Positions 1 through 15,000 of a stretch of DNA of 64,000 nt are shown piece by piece; within the stretch, counting starts at the first letter, position 1, and each line of letters begins with the position of its first letter. A program made the position numbers and the translations under genes. Under the pieces are notes generated by a model. It was given only the letters and a program-made list of their open reading frames with translations. It had not been told where the DNA came from and ran no database searches. Source of the DNA: an uncultured Chloroflexia bacterium (GTDB lineage: Bacteria; Chloroflexota; Anaerolineae; CG2-30-64-16); assembly GCA_963774265.1 (NCBI GenBank), contig CAVZDU010000005.1, positions 96,001 to 160,000 of the forward strand, written 5' to 3'.

Positions 1-3000
1 CCGTCACAGAAACGACCTACATCGGCAACTTCACTACCCTCGGCATGCGCTACTGGCGCGTGCGCGCCCTCCCCGGTGGGGACTGGATGGCCGCGTGGCG
101 GTTCACCGTCGCCGGCGACGTGGTGCAGGTGACGACCCATGTTGATTATGATCACTCGCCGTCCATCGCACGCACGAGCGACGGCAAGCTGTGGACCGTC
201 TGGTCGTCTCCCCGAACAGGCGACTATAACCTCTGGTACAAAACATCGGGCGATGGCGGCGCGAGCTGGTCGGCTGACACACAGCTCACCACGGTCGGCA
301 ACTTCGACGGATACTCCGCCATCACCCAGGCCGATGACGGCAAGCTGTGGACGGTTTGGACCTCTGACCGTACTGGCAACTACGATCTGTGGTACAAGGC
401 GTCGACCGACGACGGCGCCACATGGTCTGCCGACACTCAGTTGACCACTCATAGCAGCATCGATTACTATCCGGCCATCACTCAGGCCAGTGACGGTAAG
501 ATGTGGGTGGTCTGGTCTTCGTCCCGCTCCGGAAACTACGATCTTTGGTACAAGACCTCGGGCGACGGCGGCGCCACTTGGTCGGCCGACACGCAGCTGA
601 CCGACCATACCGACGGCGACGACGTTCCTGCCATCACCCAGGCAAGTGACGGCAAGTTGTGGATCGTCTGGAACTCTGGTCGTTCCGGCAACTACGATCT
701 CTGGTACAAAACCACGACCGACGGCGGCGCGACCTGGTCGGTCGACACACAGCTCACCACGGACAGCAGCTTCCACAGGGAACCCGCCATAACGCAGGCC
801 AGTGATGGCAAGCTGTGGGTTGCCTGGGTCTCGTATCGCTCCGGAAACCCTGATATTTGGTACAAGACCTCGAACGATGCTGGCGCTACGTGGGGCACGG
901 ACACGCGCTTCACGCGTTTCATCGGGAGGGACGAACGGCCAGCGCTCGCTTCCTTGACGAACGGCAAGATCGGTATTGCCTGGGACTCCGACCGGAGTAA
1001 CGACTACAGGGACATCTGGTTCGGAATCCCCGGCGAGCGGGAGGACCTCAACCCGCCACCCTACGTGTCCAGTACCGACCACCAGCCCTCGCCCAACCCG
1101 GACAGCGACGACACCATCACGGTCCGTGCGTGGGCGCAAGACGAAACTGGCGTGGCGAGCGTGGGATCTGGTCTGGACTCTGGACGGCGTGGCCCAGCCT
1201 GACCTGCCGATGGTTGACGACGGCGCGCATGGCGACAGAGCAGCCGGCGACGGGGTCTGGGGCGTGCAACACACACCCCTGCCGGCGGGCAGCCAGGTGA
1301 TCTACCGAGTCCGCGCCACCGATATTGACGGCAACACCTACCTCTACCGGTATGAGAACTCATTCATAGTGTTGACGCCGTTCATTAAGACGGCCGACAT
1401 CCTTTTCGTGCCGGACCACGGCGGCAACGATACAACCTGGTTCCAGCCCTATTACACCAATGCATTGGACACCCTCGGCTACACCTATGATGTGTGGGAC
1501 ACCGGATTGCGGGGGGCTGTACCCGACAGCATCCTAAACCAGTATGCCGTGGGCAACGTGATCTGGGGTGTGCCCGATTGGGGATACATCATCAACGATA
1601 GCGACCAGCGCGCGGCCATGCAGGCCTATCTGGATGCCGGTGGGAAGCTCTTCATCTCAGGTCAGAACATCGCAGCAAACCTGAACGGCAACGCATTTCT
1701 GACCGGCTACTTGCACGCCAGCTATGTGCAGGACGACACGGGGTTGTATGGACTGGTGGGCACGGCTTCCGACCCCATCGGGGACGGATTGACGTTGAAC
1801 CTGTCGGGGGGTGACGGGGCCAACAACCAGTACACGAAGGACGAGGTCGACCCCATCAGTCCGGCTGAGGCGGTCTTCACCTACCAGGCGGGAGCCAGCC
1901 AGATGCTGCGGGCCCCGGTCGTTCCTGCGCAGGAGGCGCCAGTCGGACAGGGAGAACCAGATGGACGGTTGCCTGACCTGGCCGGCGAGCTGCCTGGCAA
2001 GGAACGATCTATGCAGCTCGCTGCCGCTGCGGCGACAGGGCCGCAGGACATCATCGGCTCGGGCACGGCGGGGTTAAAGGTGGATACGGGAACCTACAAG
2101 GTGGTCTACTTCGCGTTCGGTTTCGAGGGGATCAACGACGCCAGCCAGCGCGCCGTGGTGATGGAACGCAGTCTGGCCTGGCTCAGTGGAGTCTTGCCGC
2201 GGCCGGGGCTGCTGACGCCGGCGGATGGGCAGGCGCTCCCAACTGGTGACGTGGCGTTCAGCTGGGCGGGCGTACCTGGCGCGGCGGGCTATGAGATCCA
2301 GATCGACACCGTGCCGACGTTCGAGTCGGCCGGGTTGATCGACCAGACGGTCACAGAGCTGAGCTATACCCACAACTTCACCACCCTTGGCACGCGCTAC
2401 TGGCGCGTGCGCGCTCTCCTCGGCGGGGACTGGACCACGGCCTGGACCTTCGCCGTTGCCGGGCCGTTGGTGCAGGTGACGACCGACACTAATACCGACT
2501 ACTGGCCGGCTATGACGCGGACAAGCGACGGCACGCTGTGGGCGGTCTGGTCCTCTTACCGCTCCGGTAACGCCGACCTCTGGTACAAGATATCGAGCGA
2601 TGGCGGGGCCACCTGGACGGCCGATACGCAGCTCACCACGGACGGCAATACCGATTACTATCCGGCCGTCACCCAGACTGCCGACGGCACGCTGTGGGCG
2701 GTCTGGTCCTCTTACCGCTCCGGTAACGCCGACCTCTGGTATAAGACATCGAGCGATGGGGGCGCGACCTGGTCGATCGAGACGCAGCTCATCACGGACG
2801 GCAATACCGATTACTATCCGGCCGTCACCCAGGCGGCTGACGGCACGCTGTGGGTGGTCTGGACCTCCTATCGCTCGGGCAACTACGATCTCTGGTACAA
2901 GACTACGGCCGACGGCGGCGTGACCTGGACAGCCGATACTCAACTCACCACCCATACCGGCACCGACTACCTTCCGGCCATGACCTGGGCCGGTGATGGC

Positions 3001-6000
3001 AGGCTGTGGGTGGTCTGGTCTTCGTCCCGCTCCGGAAACTACGATCTTTGGTACAAGACCACGGCCGACGGCGGCGCGACCTGGTCGGCCGATACGCAGA
3101 ACACTACACACGGCAACACCGACCGTTATCCAGCAATCACGCAGGCCGATGACGGTACGTTCTGGGTGGTCTGGTCTTCGTCCCGCTCCGGAGCCTATGA
3201 TCTGTGGTACAAGACCTCGAGCGATGACGGCGTCACATGGTCCTCGGACATGCGCTTCACGCGCTTCGCTGGGTTGGATTATCGGCCTGCCCTCGCTTCC
3301 TTGACTGACGGCAGGATCGGCGTGGCCTGGTATTCGAACCGCAGCGGCAACTACGACATTTGGTACGGCATCCCTGGCGAGCGGGAGGACCTCAACCCGC
3401 CGCCTTACATATCAAGTGCCCAACACCAACCCTCGCCCAACCCGGACAGCGACGACTCCATCACTTTCCGCGCCGGGGTGACAGACGAAACTGGCGTGAC
3501 GAGCGTGGATCTGGTCTGGACTCTGGACGGCGTGGCCCAGCCTGACCTGCCGATGGTTGACGACGGCGCGCATGGCGACAGCGCAGCCGGCGACGGGGTC
3601 TGGGGCGTGCAGCACGCGGCGCTGGGGGCGGGCAGTCAGGTCACCTACCGAGTCCGCGCCGCCGACACCGACGACAACACCTCTGTATCAGGGCAGTACT
3701 CCTTCACGGTGCTGTCTCCGTTTGTCAAGACGTCTGACATTTTGTTCGTGCCCGACTACGGTGGCAACGATACAACCTGGTTCCAGCCTTATTACACGAA
3801 TGCGCTGGATGCCCTCGGATATACCTATGATGTCTGGGATACAAGATGGCGGGGGGTTGTGCCCGGTAGCATCATGAACCAGTATGTTGGGGGCAGCGTG
3901 ATCTGGGCTGCACCCTATTGGGGCTATATCACCGACAACAGCAGCCAGCGCACAGCGGTGCAGGATTACCTGGTGGGCGGTGGCAAGCTCTTCATCTCAG
4001 GCCAGAACATCGCAACAAGTTTGAGCGGCTACGCATTTCTGACCGGCTACTTGCACGCCAGCTATGTGCAGGACGACACGGGGTTGTATGAACTGGCGGG
4101 TACGGCTTCCGACCCCATCGGGGACGGATTGGCGTTGAACCTCTCCGGCGGTGATGGCGCCAACAACCAGTACACGAAGGATGAGATAGACCCCATCAGC
4201 CCGGCCGAGACGATCTTGACCTACCTGGCTGGGTCCAGTCAGATGTTGGCTGAGCCGAGCCGGCTCACTGGCCTCTCGCCGATCGACCCGCCGGATCCGC
4301 ACCACCAATCTTTGCCCGGCGAGCCTGGCGCGGCGCTTCAGCCGGATATCGAGGCTGAGCCGCTTGCTCGCGTGACTGCTGCGCCGGAGGCCAACATCAG
4401 CTCGGGCACGGCCGGGCTGCGCGTGGACACCGGCACCTACAAGGTGGTCTACTTGGCGTTCGGCTTCGAGGGAATCAACAGCGGAGCCGATCGGGCCAGG
4501 GTGATGGGCCGGGTGCTCGACTGGTTAGGTATGTCCCCGAGCATCCTTTCACGCGATCTGACCATCCAGAAGTCGCTGGAACCCGACTCGGGTCCTGCCG
4601 AGCCGGACGCTACGTTGACTTTCCGGCTGGCTTACGCTAACTTGGGCAATCAAAGCGCAAGCGATGTGCGTATCGTAGACACTCTTCCCGCCGGGATGGA
4701 ATACGTGAGCGCGACCGGACCGGTGGAACCAACCGTGACCGGACAAACCCTCACTTGGGATCTTGGTTCACTGCCTCGCCTGACTGCGCCGGCCGCCTCC
4801 GGCGTCATCTTGCTCACCGCTAAGATCGCCGCTAATACGCCAGCAGGGACCCGGCTGGACAACGCGGCCGAGATCTCCACCAGTGACACTGAAACGGACG
4901 CAACCGGCAGCGGACTCACCGGCAGCTACTACCAGTATGACGGCGACGCCATCGGCATGCCGCCCAACGACCCCTTCGGGAACGGTGTGCTCACGTTGCG
5001 CCGGGTCGACCCGACGGTGGACTTCGATTGGGGAGAAGGCTCGCCGCAATCCGGGATAGTTCACTCCAATTGGTTTGCAGTCCGTTGGACTGGGTATGTC
5101 TATGCACCGTTGGATGGAACCTACACATTCGCCACCGTCACCGATGACGGAGCCAGGCTTTGGGTCGACAGCCAACAGTTGGTGGACGACTGGACGCAAC
5201 ACGGCATGGAGACTCGTTCCGGGCAGATCGTGCTGACAGGCGGGCAATGGTATGCCGTCCAGTTCGACACAGAGGAGGGCGGCGGCGGCGCAGGCGCGCG
5301 GCTGCAGTGGCAACTGCCCGGCAGCAGCAGCCTTGTGACGATCCCACAGCGGTATCTCTCGCCCGAAGCCGGGTTTGCCAACGATCGCAGCGTTCTCGGC
5401 TTCAGCGTCGCGCCGCCACTCAAAACCAGCGACTTGTTGCTAGTGCTGGACTGCGGCGGCAACGACACCGATTGGTTCAGGCCTTACTACACAACGTCGC
5501 TGAACGAGTTGGGACACAGCTATGATGTCTGGGACGCCGAAGCACTGGGGGCGCCCCAGAGTTGGGTGTTGGACCGATACCTGGGCGGCGCTGTCATCTG
5601 GACAACACCGTATTGGGGATACATCATCTACCCAGACACCTTCTCCGCGGTGCAATCCTACCTGGATCAAGGCGGCCGGCTGTTCCTGACCAGCCAGGAT
5701 ACCGGATACTACCTGAACGAATGGGGCAACACTGGGTTCTTAAATAACTACCTGCACGCTACTTACATACAAGACAGCACGGCTCTGTATGCAGTGACAG
5801 GTGCATCCAGCGATCCCATCGGTGATGGGCTGGTTCTGTCTCTGTCCGGTGGTGACGGCGCCAGCAATCAAGGGGATGGCGATGAATTCGACTCAGTCAG
5901 CCCCGCAACGCCGGTCTTCACCTATGGCGCCGGCGGAGGTGGTGCTGTCGCCGCCGGCACTTGGGGGGAAGCTGCCAGCTTGCTGCAGCCCCAGATCTTG

Positions 6001-9000
6001 CCCATCCCACCTGGCGCGGGTCAGAAGCAGCCTCCGGCAGATGCGTCGAAAACCGCAGGCCTGGAGGGGAGCATCTCTTCCGGCACCGCCGGCCTGCGCG
6101 TCGACACCGGCACGTACAAAGTCGTCTACTTTGGTTTTGGCTTTGAGGGCATCAACTCCCGTGCTGATCGCAACGCGGTGATGGAGCGCACCCTGGCCTG
6201 GTTGCGGGGCGTGACCCCGAATCCGACGCTACAGGCGCCCGCCGACGGCGTGCCGCTGCCGGTTGGCGACGTGACCTTCAATTGGCGGGGGGCGACCGGC
6301 GGCACCTACGAGATCCAGATCGACACCGTGCCTACCTTCGACTCGGCCGGACTGATCGATCAGACCGTCACCGGCGCCAGCTACACCCACGACCTATCCA
6401 CCATCGGCACACGTTACTGGCGCGTGCGCGCACTGCCGGACGGCGCCTGGACTGCCGTCTGGCGCTTCACCCTCGGCTACCCGCCGGAGCTGGCCTACAG
6501 CCCGTCCAGCTTCGATGTCACCGTCAACGCCGACCAGGTCATCACCCGTGCCTTGACCATCGAAAACAACGGTTTGAGCTCCCTGACCTTCGATCTGACG
6601 ACGACCGGCGGCGTGGTGAGCCTGGAGCCAACGGCAGGCACTCTGTCTAGCAGCGCCAGCCAAACCATCACAGCCACCTTTGATGGCCGGCTTTTTGCCC
6701 TGGGCACGCATACCGGCGCGATCGAGATTCACTCGAATGACCCGTCGGCCGGCACCAAGGTCATCCCGGTCACGCTGACCGTCGTGCAGCAGCCTCCCGG
6801 CGCGCCAGCCGGCCCGACGCCTCAGGACGGCGAGGTCAACGTGCGCGTCGATGCCTCGTTGACATGGCAAGCTTCAGCGCGGCGGGCTCCTACGACCTGA
6901 CTCTTTGGCCCGATGGACAGTCACGCCCGGGCACGCCCACGGCCGCTGCCTTGACCCAGACGAGCTTCAACCCGCCGGGCGACCTGGCGACGGGAACCCT
7001 TTACCATTGGGACGTGGTTGCGCGCAATTCCGGCGGGACGACACAGGGGCCGGCGTGGTCCTTCACGAGCGAGGGGATACCCGATCTGCAGGTAACGGCC
7101 GTCACCGTGCCGCCGACTGCTTTCTCGGGGCAGGCATTCATGGTCACGTGGGATGTGCTGAATGCGGGGAACCGCGGCACGACCGTGTCCACCTGGTACG
7201 ACCGCGTGTACATCTCAACGGCCCCGACCTTCGACCCTGTTGCCGCGACCTACCTGGGGCAGGTCACGAATCCGGCATATCTTGGCCCAGGGGAGAGTTA
7301 CCGCAAGGAAGGGACGTTCACCCTGCCACAAGGCATCAGCGGCCAGTACTACGCCTACGTGCTCACCGACACCGCCAATGCGCTCCGGGAGTCGAATGAG
7401 ACCAATAACACCGGCCGCAGCGTCAATGCCAGCGATGTGGGGCTGACCCCGCCGCCCGACCTGCAGGTGCAGGCGATCAGCGGCCCGGCGAACGCTTTCT
7501 CCGGCACCACCGTGCCGGTGCAATGGACTGTAGCCAACAATGGCACAGGCGGCACGGTGGGCACAGCCTGGTCGGATCGGATCTACCTCTCGGCCGACGC
7601 GACATGGGAGAGCACCGACACGATCCTCAAGCTCGCCGGCCACAGCGGCGCGCTGGCGTCCGGCGCGTCCTACGAGGGCTCGCACACCGTCACGCTGCCG
7701 CAGGCGATCTACGGCACGTACTACGTTTTCGCGGTCACCGACATCTACAACCAGATCTACGAGCACGCAGGTGAGAGCAATAACACGAGCCCCACGAGCG
7801 AGCCGCTGCAGATCACCTTGACGCCGCCGCCCGATCTCCAGGTCTCCACCCTAGGTGTCAGCCCCAACCCTGCAAGCTCGGGCGCGAGCCTGCAGGTGAC
7901 GTGGCAGGTCACCAACAATGGCGCGGGCGCGTCCTTCGAGACCTCCTGGTCTGACGCGGTTTACCTGTCGCCGTCGACCAGCATCACGGACCCCGCGAGG
8001 GTCTTGCTCGGCCAGTATCTCGCACAGCGGCATCCTCGAGCCGGGCGACAGCTACTCGATGACGCGCGATCTCACCGTGCCGAACGGCATCAGCGGCGAT
8101 TTCTATGTCCTGGTGCACGCGGATAGCCTGAACCGGGTCTTCGAGTTCAACTCAGACGACAACAACGTGAGCCATGTGCCGCTAACGGTGAGCCTGTCGC
8201 CGTCGCCCGACCTTCAGGTCACCAGTGTGGCCACCGGCGCCGAGGGACCAGTCGTGGCCGGCTCGGCAGCGATCATGACGTGGACCGTCGCTAACCTGGG
8301 CGAAGGTGCTGCTGCCGCCAGTTGGTCCGATGCCCTGTACCTTTCGGCGAGCGCGACCTGGCCCGGCAGTGGCGTCTACCTTGGGAGCTTTGGTCGGCCC
8401 TGGCCGCTCCCGGCCGGCGGGTCATACACGCAGGATCGTTCCGTCGTGCTGCCCGCCAGCCTGGCCGCGGGCGTCTACTACATCTACGCGCGCGCGGACG
8501 TGAGCAACGCGATCTACGAGCATAACTCGGAGTCCAATAACATCACGCGCAGCCTGGCTCAGCTCACAGTCACGCGGCCGCCGGACGCGCCCAAGGCTGA
8601 CCTTGAGATCGGCAGCCTGACGGGCCCGGCGACCGGCGATTCGGGTACGGTTCTCTCGGTCGGTTGGACGGTAACCAACGCGGGGGCCGGCGCGACTTCG
8701 GCCAGTTCCTGGCTGGACCGGATCTATCTCTCGGCCGATGCCAGCCTGAACCCGGCCAGCGACATTACCCTGGGCAGTGCCTCGCGCTCAGGGTTCCTGG
8801 CGGTCGGCGCATCGTATGTTCGCACGCTTGATGTCACGCTGCCGAACGGGATCTCCGGCGAGTACTATCTGTTCTTCCGGGCCGACGTGAACCAGGCGGG
8901 CAATGACAGCAATTGGCTGAACAACACCGGCTACCTGGCGACGCCGATCGCCGTCACCCTGTCGCCCTCGCCTGACCTGGTCCCGGCCGCGGTCAACCCG

Positions 9001-12000
9001 ACGACCAGCGGGATTGCCAGCCAGCCGGTGGAGGTGAGCTGGTCGGTGACGAACGGTGGGGCAGGCGCGGCCGCGGGCAGCTGGTACGATGCTGTCTACT
9101 GGTCGATCGATGCTTCGCTGGGCGCCGGTGACACCCAGCTCGCCAGCCGCGCTCACATCGGCGGCCTGGCGTCGGGGAGCGTCTACAACCAGTCGGAGAC
9201 GCTCACCCTGCCAAGCAGTACGGCGGGCCAGTACTACCTACTCGTTAAGGCCGACAGCCGCGGCGCGGTATACGAGCACGAAGCCGAAGCCAACAACGTG
9301 ATCGCGTGGCCGATCGAGGTCACCGTGCCGCAGCCCTCGGACCTGATCGTGACCGGGGTAACGGTCCCCAGCACCGCTGTGCCTGGCGAAATCGTCAGCA
9401 TCGGCTGGACGCTGCAGAACCAGGGGGATTCGGCGGCCAGCGGCTATCTGTGCGACGCGGTCTACATTTCCGGCGACCAGGCCTGGGACATCGACGACGC
9501 GCACACCGGCGACAACTGCAGGACCATCAATCTCGCGCCCGGCGCCACCGGCAGCGTGCAGATGCAGATGCGTATGCCCGACCGGGAGACGCTGGCCGCG
9601 TTGGCGGCTGACACTGACTGGACCGGCGGCATGCCCGGCGTCACACCCGGCGCCTACTACGCGATCGTACGCGCCGACATCCGCAACCAGATCCGCGAGA
9701 CCGACGACGCCAACAACACCGGCGCTTCCGCCGACACTCTCGCGGTGGATGTGGAAGAGCTGACGTTGGGCACACCCACCAGCGGCACGCTGGCCAGTGG
9801 CGAGGCCCGCTTTTATCGGGTGGAGGTAACTGCGGGCCAGACACTGCTGGTCACGCTCGATAGCAGCGCGATCGAGGGCGCGAACGAATTGTACGTTCGC
9901 TACGGCGCGATCCCGTCGCGCGGCGTGTTCGACTATGGTTACTCCGCACCGCTTCAGCCGGACCAAGAGGTGGTCGTCCCATCGACGCAGACCGGGACAT
10001 ACTACGTCCTGCTTTATGGCGCCGGGGTGGCGGGAACGCCAAGTTTCGACCTGACCGCGAGCATCCTGACTTTTGGCCTGCGCTCGGTCAGTCCCAGCGA
10101 GGGCGGCCAGGGCGGCAAGATCACCGTTCGGCTGGATGGCGCGGCTCTGCAACCCAACCTCACGGCATTTCTCGACAGCGCCGTGACCCACCTTCAAGCT
10201 TCAGAGCTCTATTGGTCTGATGCGACCAAGGTGTACGCTACGTTTGACCTTGCAGATGTGGCGCTAGGCACCTATGATCTATCGATTCAACAAGTGGTAT
10301 CGCAGATCCAGTTCAACGATGATTACGATAGCCCGATTGAGGTGTTCACGAACACTGTGCAATCGGTCTTGCCAAGCGCCTTCACTGTCGTGCCCCCCAA
10401 GATCCTTAAGCCAGCCATTAGAGTAAGCACGCCGAATGCGTTGCGTCCAAATCAGTACTTCGAATCAGTGATAGAGGTTGCCAATCCTGCCAACAACGAT
10501 ATGGTAAGTCCGCTGTTGTTGATCTACGGAGTCCCGGATTTTCGAACAAGGTTGGCAGGCGACAGCAACTTCTCGTTTGGCGCTCGCAAGGCGCTGGTGA
10601 TCTCGCCTGACGGTCCCGCCGGCATCATGCGGGCGGGGGCTGTCACGACGATTCGGCTTGCGGGGATTGCACCCACAACATCGGGCCTGTTGCAGATCGA
10701 GGTTGCTCCTATCAGTGAGACAGTTGTGGTCTTTGATCTAGCTAGCGAGTTGAGAGAGGTTGGCGTAACACCGGATGAGCCTCTGTGGAGCGAAGGTGTG
10801 AACATCCTCGCGACCGAAGCTGGGGACAATTGGGAAAGCTACGAAAAACGCCTGGCTCAGACCGCAACTGGCTTGGATGAGAGAGGCACCCGACAGATAG
10901 ATGCAGATAGCCTGCTTCTAGCGACACTTGCCGATATCATGCAAGAAGCCTCAGCTTCGGCACAATCCAGCGTACAATTGTCGGATTCCTACCAGGGTGG
11001 AAGGAGACTGCTGACCCCTCCGTCCGACGTTCCTTCAACTGAGCCCCGTGCTCTCTCACCCGACGATGTGCCCGACTGCTCACAGACAACGATAGACGGG
11101 CAGCGAACTGGACTAGAGGCGATTGCCGCGCTGTTCGTCACGCCTTTCATGGCGCCCACCGCAAGCAACTATCTACAGCACTTCCTGGATGGCGATGGCT
11201 CTCCCAGAGACAACGACGTCTACTCGCTTGTTGCGCTGGAGACGCGCTTATACGGTCACACGCTGAAGAGCTATTCTGAGATCCATGCGGCTGTCGAAGG
11301 TAGGGTCAGGACTGAGATAGAAACACAGATCCGTGCGCAGACTGGTCCACAATACGTTATGACAGATATTGATCTAGACGACACTGAAGTTGGCCGTCCC
11401 GTCTTCTACCCAAAGCATTCGGACAATCGCTGTCCTGTCGATTACCCTGTTTGGCCAGGGAGCGATTTGGCTTGCGCCTTCGGAGTGATGGGCGAGCCGT
11501 CTAGCGCCACCACGACGGATGGCCAGGCGACCGTCCAGCAATCGCCGGCCTGTGAAGAGGGAACAGTCGCATCCTACGCGGTCAGGATCGGATACAGATT
11601 TGCCGACTTCTACCAATGGACACCCGCACACATCGGGATGAGCCCTTGGGATGATTGGGCCTACAACTTACAGGTGTGTGGCGAAGCCACGCCATTCTTT
11701 AGCTCGATTGCACTCCAGGAGACAATAACTGGCAAAGTCGTCCTGGATGACAGACTTCACTGTGTATCACCAGCCTCACCGACAAATCCCCATGAGATAC
11801 TAATCGTCCAACCTGTTGACCCCAACGACATCGTCGGCCCGGCCGGCTACGGCGACGCGAAATGGGTCGCGGCCAGTAACTCGCTCGGCTACACCATCCG
11901 CTTCGAGAACGACCCTGCGCTGGCCACCGCGCCCGCGCAGCGGGTGACTATCGAGCAGACACTTGATGGCGACCTAAACGTCAGCAGCTTCCGGCTGGGT

Positions 12001-15000
12001 GCATTCGGGTTCGGCGGGCAGATCTACACACCGCCGGCCAACCGAGCTTTCTACCAGGCGCGGCTTGGACCGGTGGAGGTGACAGGCAACACGCTATACG
12101 TGGACGTCAACGCGGGCATCGATGTGGTGAACCGCAAGGCGTTCTGGATCTTCCAGTCCATCGACCCAGCGACGGGCAAGCCGCCCACGGACGCCATGGC
12201 AGGTTTCCTGCCGCCTGACGCGGTCGAGGGAGAGGGCCAAGGCTTCGTCTCCTACACCGTCACGCCGTCGGTCTCCTCAGCCACTGGCGATGTGATCGAC
12301 GCGCTGGCGCGCATCGTGTTCGACACCAACGATCCGATCGACACGCCACCGACCTTTAGCACCGTGGACGCGGGTCTGCCCACCTCCTTGCTGGATGCCC
12401 TGCCTGCGACAACCGCCAGTACCGATGTCCTGCTGCAGTGGAGCGGCAGCGATGACGCAGGCGGCTCCGGGCTGGCGGGTATCGAACTGTACGCGTCGGA
12501 GGACGGCGGGCCGTTCGTGTTAGCGCAGAGCAACATTGCACAGACCACTACGATCTTTAGCGGTAAGGCCGGTCATACCTACGGGTTCTATGCCCTCGCG
12601 GCCGACAATGCCGGCAACCGAGAAGCGGCCAAGAACGCCGCCGAGGCGACCACGCAGCTGCTGCCTGCAAGCATTCCGGCGTCCGTCGAGCTGCAAGTTA
12701 CGCCGGCAACCCTGCTGGCCGACGGGACGAGCACCGCGACGGTCACGGCCATCGTGAAGGACAGCCTGGGGGCGACGCTGGCCGCACAACCGATCAGCTT
12801 CGCGGCCTCGAACGGCACGATCAGCCCGGCTCTGATGACGACAAACGCCAGTGGAGTGGCGGTCGCCACCCTGACCGCGCCCACGGTCGCGACGACCATC
12901 GACGTCACAGCGACCAGCGGCGACGCTGCGGCGACGGCCCAGGTGGCGGTCCTCGACATCCCGATCGCGGGCCTGGCTGCCACCAACGACAGCCCAACCG
13001 AGCTCGGTGTGGCCACCAACTTCGCCGCGACGATCACGGCCGGCACAAATGCAACCTACACCTGGGACTTCGGCGACGGTGCCTCCGGAACCGGTGCGCA
13101 GGTGGCGCACGTGTACGCCGCGGTCGGCGCCTATACGGCGACGGTCACCGCGCTGAACGGCCGCGGGACTGTGATTGCCACCACGACCGTATCTGTGATC
13201 GACGTGCCAATCGTGGGTCTGGTCGCGACCAACGACAGCCCAACCGAGCTCGGCGCGGCCACCAACTTCGCCGCGACGATCACGGCCGGCACAAACGCAA
13301 CATACACCTGGGACTTCGGCGACGGCGCCTCCGGAACCGGTGCGCAGGCAAGCCACATGTACGCCGCGCCCGGCGCCTACACGGCGACGGTCACCGCCTT
13401 GAACGGCCGCGGTTCCGTGACCGCCACGACCTTGGTGACGGTGACCGGCACGTTGCCCTGCCAGTCAGCCATTACTGTCGCCAGTGACGCTGACAGCGGC
13501 GCGGGGTCGCTCCGCGATGCGATAGGGAGCGTATGTTCGGGCGGCACGATCACCTTTGCAGGTGACTCTACCATCATGCTGACCAGCCCACTCACGGTCA
13601 CGACGAGCTTAACGGTTGATGGCTCTGGGAACAACATCACCATCAGCGGCAACAATGCCAGCCGCGTGTTCCATGTGAACTCAGGTGTCGACGCTACGCT
13701 GAGAAATCTGACGGTGGCGGACGGTAAAGTAAGCGGCTACTACATTACCGGTGGTGGCATTGTGAACGAAGGCGCGCTGACCGCGACCAACGTCAGCTTC
13801 TTGCGCAACACAGCTGCTGCCACCTGGCGGAGTTATGGCGGTGCGATCTACAGCACCGGTGCGCTCACGGTCACCGACAGCACTTTCTCGAGCAATAATG
13901 CCGCGGGTGGCAATGGTGGCGGCATCGCCAATTTCGGTAAACTTCAAGTCACCAACAGCAGTTTCAACCCTAACAGCGCATACGGCGGTGGCGGATGTAT
14001 CTACAACGCCGGCAACGCGACGATCACCGGCGCTGCCCTTACCGGCAGCGTATACTACTCGGGTGGCGGCATCGACAATGAGGGTACGATGACCGTCACC
14101 AACAGCAGCCTCGTGGGCAACATTGCCAGTATGTATCACGGCGGCGGCGGCGGGATTTACAACGCAGGTGCGCTGACCGTCACTAACAGCACATTCTCCG
14201 GTAACCAGGCGCGGGCCGATGGTAACGGGGGCGGCATCCTCTCCGAAGCGGGTACCCTGACCCTGACGAATAACACTTTTTCTGGCAACACCGCCAGCGG
14301 CGGCCGAGGCGGCGGTATCGCTGTCGTGAACGCCGCCGCGCAGGCCTGGATCGTGAACAGCACCCTCTCGGGAAATGGTGCCGGCTCCGATGGCGGCATC
14401 TACAGCTTCGGCGCGGCCGTCACGCTCGCGAACACGATCGTCGCCAACAGCACGACGGGGGGGAACTGCGCTACTGATCCCGCAATGACAGACGGGGGCG
14501 GCAACCTGACGTGGGGCGACACGACCTGTCCTGGTATCAACAGCGATCCGAAGCTTGGCACGTTGGCCCACAACGGTGGCGCCACTCAGACCTTCGCCTT
14601 GCTGATGGATAGCCCAGCGATTGATGCTGCGGTTGACATCAACTGCCCGCCAGCCGACCAACGCGGCGTGGCGCGGCCGCAGCCGCAAGGTGGACATTGC
14701 GACATTGGCTCCTTCGAAAGCCTGGCAGCAACGCCGCTAAGGGTTGGTGCCAGGAGGTTGCTTGGCGCAATCCAGTTCAGTTGGGTGCACCGGGATCCGC
14801 AAATCCAGCGATACGAAGTGTACCGAGGGCCGAATCCCTTTGCCCCACCCGGCGAGAATGCATCCGTCAAAATCGGCGAAGCGGACGGACTCCCTGACCT
14901 CGGCCAGAATGTGACATACGTCGATGACACCGCTTTCACTCCTCCGCTGACGAACTGGTTCTACGTTGTGCGGGGAGTGAAAGCGGTCGGCGAGGTGCTG

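Noticed and set aside
110-3375. CRISPR array or DGR repeats
   Set aside because: The repeats are in-frame protein repeats that vary at synonymous positions. There are no unique spacers and no cas or reverse transcriptase gene.
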